30,070 bases of DNA from contig NW_021832677.1 of the NCBI RefSeq assembly GCF_006345805.1, positions 1-30,070 of the forward strand, read 5' to 3'. Below, piece after piece: positions 10,201 to 20,750 of the stretch. Every line of letters starts with the position of its first letter. Within the stretch, counting starts at the first letter, position 1. Made by a program: the position numbers and the translations under genes. The DNA comes from Octopus sinensis (taxonomy: Eukaryota). The notes under the pieces were generated by a model. The model did no database searches and was not told the origin of the DNA. It was given only the letters and a program-made list of their open reading frames with translations.

Positions 10201-10476
10201 GCCAGATTACTTCGGGAGAGAGATAGTGGGAAGAAAAAAAGAATTGCGAATACAATACCTGTCTCTGTTTCCACCTCCTCCATCTGCTGCAAAGCTCATA
10301 TAGGTCACAATCCCTAGCAATTTTCTTCGTCATTCTTTCCACACTCTCTCCTTCGCTCTCTCATTCTTTCCTTATTCTCTGCAGTAACCATATTATATGG
10401 TAAATGTGCGTGTGTGGAACACTTAACCTTAAAACAAGAATAACAATAAATGGAAGAACACACATTGGCTGCGTGT

Positions 10477-11030
<554 letters not shown>

Positions 11031-11164
11031 GTGCTTGTGTGCGTGTGGTGTGTGGTGTGTTCGTATTCATGTATGTTTGTGTGCGTACGTGTATGAATAT
11101 GGTGATATGGTGCATCGCCGTCATTCGACGATGAGGATTCAACTATTCAGTCGATTGAATAACC

Positions 11165-11265
11165 AGCTTCAGAATTAACGCGTAAGCGACTGAGTAATTC
11201 GCAGATATGAGTACTCTTAACGCAGAATAAGCCCCGCAGTGTGTGACAAGACCGTACCATTCCAG
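11165..11265 (-). mobile_element. Highly degraded SINE C-related fragment
   Basis: GTGTGTGACAAGACC and TACTCTTAACG weakly resemble 16020-16085. Confidence 0.3.
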
Positions 11266-11461
11266 TGACAGATAAAATCCATTTGCCGGTCTTTTCCACA
11301 ATTTGCATTTCTATACAGTCTACTCAATTTCACTTACAAAATATGAGTCGACTCGAGCTTATGATAAATTATATTTGCCTATGGCACCAGGCAATGGGAA
11401 CCGAACACGATATCTCAGGGCTGAGTGCACTATATAACTGTTCGATGCATACATATGTATG

Positions 11462-11508
<47 letters not shown>

Positions 11509-11567
11509 CTTGAAGTTAAAAGTTATGGCAGGTGACCAAGTGCGAAACTAATAGTCATTCTATGACC

Positions 11568-11989
11568 GGATCTTTTCGGTTTGAATGACAGTTTTTTTCT
11601 AGCGGTGTCATATGAAATTGTCACCCATAATTATGACCCTAGTATCGATCTATTGCATTTCAATCTCTTTTACGGTTAGGGTTAGGAGTGGGGGAAGGGT
11701 ATCTTTTTTTCTTCACAAATGTAAATAAACCCAATCTGTTTCTTAAACGAGGGACACATATTCATACGGCACAGAATGTTTTTTTTTTACCTCAATGGAC
11801 GTCAGTGATTGGTTGAAATTGCAGAAATTGAAGAAAAAAACAACAAATATCTTCCAAAGTATAGAATTTTCTCAATAAAGCCAAGAGAAAAAGATGCTTT
11901 ATAAACACATTCTACCAGTATACGAAGTTTAAAATTTTTTAGTTACCGAGAAATTATGTTAAAAACTGCCGTTCAAACCGAAAAGATCC
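11568..11989. mobile_element. MITE, 422 bp, same family as 4110-4494, 8-bp TSD
   Basis: TIRs GGATCTTTTCGGTTTGAA / TTCAAACCGAAAAGATCC; TSD CTATGACC at 11560-11567 and 11990-11997; about 40 bp longer internally than the 4110 copy. Confidence 0.93.
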
Positions 11990-12100
11990 CTATGACCGGC
12001 CATAACTTTTAACTTCTTAAAATATACATTACTACTCTAATGCTTTAACGTGTGCTTCTTTTCGGATAGATGAACTACTGACGAAATATGTATATATATA

Positions 12101-12136
<36 letters not shown>

Positions 12137-12159
12137 TATATATACAAATATATATATAT

Positions 12160-12430
12160 ATAATACAAATTGGGACAAGAACGCAAAATATCCAAACAAT
12201 TAGGTGTTACAAAAAAGGAACAACAAAACATCCAGAAAGACGATACAAAGAAAACAAGGACCGGTCATTCGGAGTTTTCTTTCCTCAGTCCAGTTCCATA
12301 TTATCTTTGAAATTTCGGCTGGTTATACTCGAGATTGCTCCAATCTGGCCAGCCCCAAAGAAAAAGTAAGCTAAGTGCGTTAGATTTCTTGGAAGAAAGC
12401 AGCGAATGTATACAAAAACAAGGACAGAAA
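12160..12430 (-). repeat. Unclassified interspersed repeat E, copy 1
   Basis: Reverse complement aligns with about 15040-15265 (shared GGGGCTGGCCAGAT(T/C)GGAGCAATCTC); abuts (TA)n. Confidence 0.75.
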
Positions 12431-12441
12431 TATATATATAA

Positions 12442-12806
12442 AACTCGACTCCGTCGGTCACGAATGACCATAGGTGTACCTATGAGGTTCCCTCTCTGGG
12501 GTACAAGTCTGGACGGAAAGTCGCCTCATCGGCGAACGCACAACCTAGGGTTGTTTTTATGGAAGACCAGCAGTGGCCAATGCATACCAGTCTCCCCTCT
12601 CCATGCCACCGATGTTATCCAAAGGAAAGACAAAGGCCGATACAACTTGGCACCAGTGAGTTACGTTGCAACTCATTTCTACAGCTGAGTGAGCTGGAAC
12701 AACGTGAAATAAAGTGTCTTGCTCAAGAATACAACATACAGCCCGATACGGGAATCGAACTCACAACCTCATAATGGACGCTCTAACCACTGAGCCATGC
12801 GCCTTC
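12442..12806 (-). mobile_element. tRNA-derived SINE family C
   Basis: Minus strand: A box TGGCTCAGTGG, B box GAGTTCGATTCC, central TTCTTGAGCAAGACAC; the tail matches the fragment at 28784-28839. Confidence 0.85.
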
Positions 12807-12822
12807 ACTATATACATATATA

Positions 12823-14068
12823 CACAGAAATACAGGAAGTAAATAGACACCTTTAATTTTCAAAATCTTTTATCTAATATGCAAAACGAACAATTGAAAT
12901 GTAATCGATAGGTAGGACTACATACTTTAGTATTTAGCTGACATTTCCTTTGCAGTTTTTAGTTCTGAAAGTCTCTTTGGCATTGAACTGATGAGCTTTG
13001 TGATTGTCTCTTGTGGAATTTCTGCCCAATTTTCACGCAACAATCGAAACAATTCATCTTTAGATCTAGGTTTCTGCCGAATTTTTCATATAGCTCTATC
13101 TAATATGCTCCAAAGAATTTCAGTTGGGTTCATGTCAGGAGATTGCCTCGACCAAAGAAGCTTTTTGATCCCATTTTCAGTCAGCCATTGTTGATTCCTT
13201 TTCGCTGTGTGGCACGGAGTCCCATTTTCCACGAATAAAAATTCACTTTTCGTTATGTTATAGCGTGAATACATCGGAAGTTGTCCTTGCTTAAATATTT
13301 CGATGTATTTTTCAGAGTTTATGGTTCCAACACATTCGATCAGCTCAAAACAACCATTGCTGGTGACAGCTCCTCAAAGCATTACAGAGATACCGCCATG
13401 TTTCACAGTTAGTTGGAGTCGTTTCAAATCAAATTCTTGATTGGGAAGCCTCCAGACACAAACACGTTCACTGTCTGAAAATTCATCTGAGAAAATCACT
13501 ATCCCAAAATGAACTGGATTTTTCTGACATCTCCTTAGCCCATTTCTTTATTTTCATGATATTAATAGGAGAGGTTTTCTTCTAGCTGCTCTCCATAATA
13601 CCCAAGCTTATGCAGATATGTAACATACGTTCTTGGACTAACTTCTAGTTGCTTTGCAATGTCAGAAGCCTTCGAACGGGGTTCATTTTCCACAATTCTC
13701 TTCAAACAGCGAAGCTTCCTTTCCGAGGGCCCAGGTCGGCCGGGACGAGAATCTATTGATTCTTTTCCTTGGTTTTTGAATTGCACTATAATTCTATTAA
13801 CAACAGCAAGAGGAATTTGAAGATTTTCAGCAATTTTTGACTGGCTAAGACCAGCCTCAAATTGCCCAACAATACCACCTCTTTGAAAACCTGACAGTTC
13901 TGCTGAATTTTTTGTGTGTGACATGGTTACTCTTCGCAAATGTTTAATATAATGGCAACTGAAATGAAAAAGAATAATTACACTGTAAATTCTACACCGC
14001 TGAAAACATATTAAGACACTTAGGTCAGAAATTTTGAAAATTAAAGGTGTCTATTTACTTTCTGCATG

Positions 14069-14074
<6 letters not shown>
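12823..14074 (-). mobile_element. Full-length decayed Tc1-like (DD34E) transposon
   Basis: 44-bp TIRs (12823-12866 and 14031-14074, 41/44 identical by my count), TA on both sides. HTH region ORF 13562-13939, [25 protein letters not shown] (second Asp mutated) then 34 residues to E in QSPDMNPTEILW. Stops and frameshifts present. Confidence 0.93.
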
Positions 14075-14109
<35 letters not shown>

Positions 14110-14463
14110 TATATATATATAATATATATATATGTATACGCACAAACCCGCACACGTCTATATACGCACACACACGCGCACGCACAAAAAAGATCGTACA
14201 TACGTCTATACACAAGAAAAAACAGGTTAAAAATTGCAAAAATACAGGAAAAAGTGTAAAAACACTGAGTAAAACACGTCTATATACGCACATACTCGCA
14301 TGCACGCACACACGCACACATCTATATACGCACATATCCGCACATACGCACACATACTCACGCGCGCACAAAAGAATCCATATACATGTCTATATACGCA
14401 CATGGGAAAATGCAGGGTGGAAGGTAGAATACAGAAAAATTATGTGTAAAAAATATATAAGCT

Positions 14464-14873
14464 GGAGTGGCTGTGTGGTAAGTAGCTTGCTAACCAGCCA
14501 CATGGTTCCGGGTTCAGTCCCACTGCGTGGCATCTTGGGCAAGTGTCTTCTGCTATAGCCCCGGGCCGACCAATGCCTTGTGAGTGGATTTGGTAGACGG
14601 AAACTGAAAGAAGCCTGTCGTATATATATGTATGTGTGTGTGTGTGTGTTTGCGTGTCTGTGTGTTTGTGTGTCTGTGTGTTTGTGTGTCTGTGTTTGTC
14701 CCCCGATGCTGGTGTGTTTACGTCCCCGTCACTTAGCGGTTCGGCAAAAGAGACCGATAGAATAAGTACTAGGCTTACAAAGAATAAGTCCTGGGGTCGA
14801 TTTACTCGACTAAAGGCGGTGCTCCAGCATGGCCGCAGTCAAATGACTGAAACAAGTAAAAGAGTAAAGAGTA
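14464..14873 (+). mobile_element. SINE family A
   Basis: Aligns to 1434-1809; small deletion after the internal microsatellite. Confidence 0.92.
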
Positions 14874-14989
14874 AGCAATAAACCTATAAACCAATATCTT
14901 TATAAATATGTAAAAAACAACAGACGTCTTTAAAGACGCCTGTTGTTTTTGTCCTGTTATTATTAATATTGTTTTTTTTTGTATTTATA

Positions 14990-15265
14990 TTCGTATTACC
15001 TTTTGTGTTTTGTATTTATTTTCGTGTAACATCGCCCGTTTTTCTGTCCTTGTCTCGTATACGTTCGATCCTTTTTCCAGGCTAATCTAGTGCTCGTAGC
15101 TTAGTTTTTCCTTGGGGCTGGCCAGATCGGAGCAATCTCAAGATTAATCAGCCGAAATTGCGAGGATGATCCGGTTCTTGACTGAAGATTAGAGGCTTCG
15201 GATGACCTGTCCGTTTTTGTATCGTCTATTTAAATGTTTTGCGTTCTTGTTCCATTTTGTATTTT
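14990..15265 (+). repeat. Unclassified interspersed repeat E, copy 2
   Basis: Inverted homolog of 12160-12430; ends in a TA-rich tract. Confidence 0.75.
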
Positions 15266-15335
15266 TATATATATTTTTTATACATATGTTTTTGCGGCGT
15301 ACGTACACCTTCCTCTTATATGTATGTAAGTATTC

Positions 15336-15431
<96 letters not shown>

Positions 15432-15443
15432 TATGTATATATG

Positions 15444-15997
15444 CCAAATATGCCGAAAATAGACAAATCGTCAATAACCATATAATTTATCATTATAAGC
15501 ACGCGTCTCGAACTAAGCCGAGAGAAATTTCCAAAAATTTCCGTTATTATTGTATCGGTCCCAATTTCAGAGATAATTCATAAGAATTTTCTCCTCGTCA
15601 GCGATAAATACTGTAAGAAATAAATGAAATACTTACTTATACCCATGGAAGAAGCAAACACTAAGTCATGTGCACACTTCAGTACCCCAAATATATTCAA
15701 AATAGAAATTCTCCAGCACACCTCGAGACACGTGTGATCGGACTGAAAACTCTCACAGAGTGATAGAGTCCGGAAGTGAACACTATTAAATTTACATTTA
15801 ATATAGGATAACATTTTTTGAAAAAAAATTCTGTCAATGGCCAGCATATTAAAAAATACCTTTAAAGGTTAAATTTATAAACAACTTATAAACAAGAGCA
15901 AAAGAAAAAAATTCTAATACCAAATATGCCGAAAACAGACAAATCGTCAATAACCATATAATTTATCACTATAAGCACACATCTCGAACTAAGCCGA
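15444..15997. repeat. Pair of 78-bp direct repeats (15444-15521, 15920-15997) flanking ~400 bp of unique sequence
   Basis: CCAAATATGCCGAAAA...GAACTAAGCCGA; 4 mismatches by my count. Confidence 0.9.
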
Positions 15998-16004
15998 CAG
16001 TCTG

Positions 16005-16240
16005 TTTGTAAAATGCAGACATGTATACCATAAGATAGTTCTCGGGGAGATTCAGCCTCACACAGAATGTGACAAGGCTGGCCCCTTTGAATTACAGCCA
16101 CAACTCATTTTTGCCAGCTGAGTCGACTGCAGCAGGTGAAGCTCAGTAGCTTGCTCAAGAACACAGCGCGCCGCAGAGAATGGTACTCATAACTTTACGA
16201 TCGTGGGCCGAACACCCCTAACCACTGTGCTACGCACCTT
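16005..16240 (-). mobile_element. Diverged tRNA-headed SINE related to family C
   Basis: Minus strand: AAGGTGCGTAGCACAGTGGTTAG head, GTTCTTGAGCAAG core and CAGCTGGCAAAAATGAGTTG, similar to 12442-12806. Confidence 0.7.
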
Positions 16241-16672
16241 TACTGTCTTAACCGTAGAGAAGAGGAATGAAGCGATAGAGAGCGCGATTCGATTGTAAGA
16301 TATTTTATTAGTTTAGCGATATTTCAACAGTACGTCTGTCTTTGTCAAGTTCAAAATAAGAAGTGATACAAATTGAAAATTACAGAAATTTAAACATAAG
16401 GTATGAACGAGAGTAACCAGCGTCCACACGTTGATGGAATGATATCATTAGTTTTTAAGTTACAATTTTATAACAGGCGAAAAGAAAAAGACAGAAAAAA
16501 ATCAGAAAAAATAAGACGACAGAAAGTAAGGAAAGAAAAAGAGAGAAAGAAGAATGTTTAATCAAACAGTTATGTATAAATTTGATGATATTCTCCTGTC
16601 ATCTTATTCATTCCTCCAGAGTGTGATGTTAATAATAAAAACATATTTCTCGTTTTGGGCCTCCGTCAATTC

Positions 16673-16673
16673 A

Positions 16674-16732
<59 letters not shown>

Positions 16733-16797
16733 TAATAATAATAATAATAATAATAATAATATAATAATAATAATAATAATAATTATAATAATAATAA
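16673..16797. repeat. (AAT)n microsatellite
   Basis: Directly visible. Confidence 0.95.
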
Positions 16798-17275
16798 TGG
16801 AAGCTATGCCAACACTATGGAATAACAAGAGAAAAAAGATGGTATAGGCACACGCCAGAAAAGGTCATTGAAAATGAGAAAGCAACCATACTATGGGATA
16901 TGCCAATACACAGAGATAGAGAAATTAAGGCCAATAACCGGATATAGTTGTCAGAGACCATCTAAAAGAAATGGAGAAACTTTTAAAATATAAAGACCTG
17001 GAAATAGAGGTAACTAGAATGTGGAATCTAAAAACAGAAGCAATTCCTATCATAATAAGCGTATTAGGTATGATAAAAAGATATTCAGACAACTACATAA
17101 CAAAAACACCAGGAGTAACAAGTATACAGAAATTTTCTACTAGGCACTGCACACATCCTACGAAAAGCACTTTCAATACAGTAACAATAGGAGCATCACA
17201 ACAAACCACAGCACAAACCAAAGGGACACAGAGCTGCGTTCGGTAGTGCAGTCAAAGCACGTGTTAGACTACTGA
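16798..17275 (+). mobile_element. R4/Dong-type non-LTR retrotransposon 3' fragment (lineage X), internally deleted
   Basis: WKLCQHYGITREKRWYRHTPEKVIENEKATILWDMPIHRDREIKAN-PDIVVRD...KYKDLEIEVTRMWNLKTEAIPIII...GTAHILRK: a PD-(D/E)xK restriction-like endonuclease, then a 3' UTR and (AAT)n. Confidence 0.85.
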
Positions 17276-17281
17276 ATAAAA

Positions 17282-17367
<86 letters not shown>

Positions 17368-17421
17368 AATAATAATAATAACAATAACAACGACAACGAT
17401 GATGATGATGATGATGATGAT
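17276..17421. repeat. (AAT)n-(GAT)n microsatellite
   Basis: Directly visible. Confidence 0.95.
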
Positions 17422-17423
17422 AA

Positions 17424-18160
17424 AATGGAATTTGGCCTCAAGAAGTGCGGAATAATCTAGCTAAAAAGAGGCAGAGTACAGTCACTAGCAGGGACAGAGC
17501 TGCCGAATAGAGACTTGATTAAGCAAATTGAAACGGAAGGAAACAAATACCTTGGTGCACTAGAGTTCAGCGAGAAAATGGGAAATGAAATGAAAGAGCA
17601 ACTGTGGGTGGTGTATTTCCGAAGACTGAGGTTGGTGCTGCGCTCAAAATTGACTGGATGGAATAAAATCCAAGAAGCTAATACGTGGTGGTAGCATCAC
17701 CTCGGCAAGGAGGGGGAATTATAGAATTGCAAAAGAGGGAAATGAAGAAAATGGATACCAAAACCAGAAAAATGTTGACAGTACTTGGAGCCTTCCACCC
17801 TAAGAGTAACACTGAAAGACTACTTGTCCAGAAGAAAGGGTGGGAGAGGTTTGATCAATTGTCAGGACTGTATCGAAGCAGAGGAAAACAGCCAAAGGTG
17901 GCATATAAAAATGCCGTGGAGCCATTGTTTAAGCGTACAAAGAAGGCCGGTGTCATCGAAACTGAAATTTGTGTAATGAAAGAAAATTTAAGCAAGAAAT
18001 GAACACCAAAAAAGTAAGCGAATGGAATGAAGAAAACTGTACGGTCAGTTTGCAAGAGATGTGAACGCCAAGACAAATACAGAGGACCGGTGGCTATGGA
18101 TGAGGAGGAGTGACCTGAAGACAGAGACAGAAGCACTCATATGCGCAAGAATGATCCATT
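17424..18160 (+). mobile_element. R4/Dong-type fragment (lineage Y): end of RT and thumb region; inverted homolog of ~21390-22000
   Basis: MEFGLKKCG...GNKYLG...KMDTKTRKMLT...FHPKSNTERL...RKGGRGLINCQDC...LYGQF...DLKTETEALICA. Confidence 0.88.
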
Positions 18161-18170
18161 AATAATAATA

Positions 18171-18566
18171 AATGCCCTGATGCAGTACCAAGCAGTAGCT
18201 CTCGTGGCTTCTGATCTTAACTTATTGGAAGTGTTATCATGTACATTGTTTTGTCTTGGTATAAAAGATGGGCTACAGCAAATATTCTGCTCAATACCAC
18301 AGATTTGCTTGTCAGTTGTTTGACCTTAACCAGTTGAGCATGTCCCTTAGTGACTGACGATATGTGCATCACTGATCACGAGCAGAAGTAGTGGGAGAGG
18401 ATCATAGTCAAGAATTCTTTGAGGTTTGGATAACTCATATCTGGAAACATAGTTGTGATGCATGTACCTGGTGTACCCTTATCAGACGGGTAATCATGAT
18501 GGTTATACTGGGTTTCGTATATTTTACCCCAGTGTCACTTTAATGGCATGCACTGCTCTCCCACTC
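18171..18566 (+). mobile_element. Non-coding (TAA)n-bounded retroelement D, copy 1 (longest 5' end, two internal deletions)
   Basis: Homologous (inverted) to 19767-20291 and 20326-20525; all three share the same 3' end followed by (AAT)n. Confidence 0.85.
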
Positions 18567-18567
18567 A

Positions 18568-18665
<98 letters not shown>

Positions 18666-18763
18666 TTAATAAATATATTAATAATATATAAGGAAATTTA
18701 TACTTATATATGTGTGTATGTATATATATATATATTATATATGATATAATAATGATAATAATA

Positions 18764-18820
<57 letters not shown>
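18567..18820. repeat. Convergent (AAT)n and (ATT)n tails with a TA-rich spacer
   Basis: Directly visible; tails of two elements facing each other. Confidence 0.9.
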
Positions 18821-18821
<1 letters not shown>

Positions 18822-19740
18822 CGTTTGACTTTTGCTTTACATTTGTACAAGTTGGCTCCAAGTCTCACCCAAAGACCTCAAGAGACAAGCTGGAAGTTCG
18901 TGTTGGTGTTATGCCTAGGGTGCCATATATTTGGTTTTGTACTTAGTGTTGTACTGGTGAATGTCTAAAAAAACATACGAGAATTATGTTTGTTTTAAAA
19001 CTTGAGATTACATAGAAAGTATTTTGCGTAGGATATGAGCAGTTCCCATGAGCACTATCTTTTGAATTTCTGCCATTTTGGGGTTTCCTGGTATCTGAGT
19101 AAGGTAGCAATCAGCCCCTTTTGCTATCATTCCCAGGGCACCTATGACAACAGGTATTGCTTTAGTCTTCAGGTTCCACATTTTGCTGGTTTCTATTTCG
19201 AGATCTTTATACTTGCTCAGTTTTTGGTAGGTCTTGACAGATACGTTTATATCAATTGGGACAGTCATATCAATGAGGAGGCATGTTTTTGTCTGAAGTC
19301 TTTCAATATGATGTCTGGCCTATTCGCATCTATCTTTCTGTCAGTTTGAATGGTGAAGTTCCAGAGGAGTGAGATGTGGTCATTTTCAAGCACTGGAGGT
19401 GGTCTATGTTCCCACCAGTTTTTTTCATGGGGCAAGTCCAGGCTTTTGCAAATTACTCAGTGAATATATTGTGCAGCTCTATCATGCCTGTTGAGATACT
19501 CTGTAGGCGCTAGAAGACTGCATTTGGAAACAACATGATCAATAGTTTCATGTTGGGCTATTGCCATTCTTTAATATGGTAGTTCCTTGTGGGTAGGCAT
19601 TGATCTTGAGCTGCTATGATAAACCCTTCTATTTCAGATTTTAAGCCAGAGGCCATTAAACATTGATAGGTCAGGGCTTTGTCAACATCGGCATTATTCG
19701 CTCTCTTTGGGTATTTGCCATTGAGAGGTTTTTCTTGCCA
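18821..19740 (-). mobile_element. R4/Dong-type retrotransposon, 5'-truncated (lineage Z)
   Basis: WQEKPLNGKY...SGLKSEIEGFIIAAQDQCL...ETIDHVVSKC...YLNRHDRAAQYIH...DANRPDIILKD...LIDMTVP...KYKDLEIE...GTAHILRKILSM*; 3' UTR; (TAA)n on both sides. Confidence 0.9.
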
Positions 19741-19766
19741 TTATTATTATTATTATTATTATTATT

Positions 19767-20290
19767 GTGTGAGAGAGCAGTTCATGCCATCAAAGTGACA
19801 CTGGGGTAAAATATACGAAGCCCAATATACCCATCATGACTACCCGTCTGATAAAGGTACACCAGGCACATGCATCACAACCATATGTGCGCGACATGGT
19901 GATCTCATATCAAGATAAACAACACATGACCTTGCAGGTGGGGCCCAGTTAGAATTTTCTTCAGGTTGAGTAGCCCATCCTGCTCAAACGGTCCCTGAAT
20001 AAGGGTTGCTTTAGGATGTTGAACGAAACACCTATGTTTCCAGAGGTGAACCATTCAAACTCCAAAGAATCCCTCTCAACACATGGCCATGATGCTCCCC
20101 CACTACTTCTGCTCGTGATCAGAGATGCACATATCGTCAGCCACTAAGGGACATGCTCAACTGGTTAAGGTCAAACAACTGACAAGCAAACCTGTGGTAT
20201 TGAGCAGAATATTTGCTGTAGCCCATCTTTTATACCAAGACAAAACAATGTACATGATAACACTTCCAGTCAGTTAAGATCAGAAGCCAT

Positions 20291-20291
<1 letters not shown>
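19767..20291 (-). mobile_element. Element D, copy 2 (slightly 5'-truncated, internally the most complete)
   Basis: Homology to 18171-18566; (TAA)n on both sides. Confidence 0.88.
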
Positions 20292-20325
<34 letters not shown>

Positions 20326-20525
20326 GAGTGAGAGAGCAGTGCATGCCATCAAAGTGACACTGGGGTAAAATATACGAAGCCCAATATACCCATCATGACT
20401 ACCCGTCTGATAAGGGTACACCAGGCACATGCATCACAACCATATGTGCGCGACATGGTGATCTCATAACAAGATAAACAGCACATGACCTTGCAGGTGG
20501 GGCCCAGTTAGAATTTTCTTCAGGT
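20326..20525 (-). mobile_element. Element D, copy 3 (3' 200 bp only)
   Basis: Near-identical to 19767-19966; (TAA)n on both sides. Confidence 0.88.

Positions 20526-20750
<225 letters not shown>

Noticed and set aside
10258-10384. Minus-strand exon candidate CTGCAG...ACAG|GTATTG
   Set aside because: All three frames contain stops.
12740-12806. tRNA gene
   Set aside because: Has A and B boxes but no complete cloverleaf, and continues into a SINE body. The same holds for the heads of families A and B.
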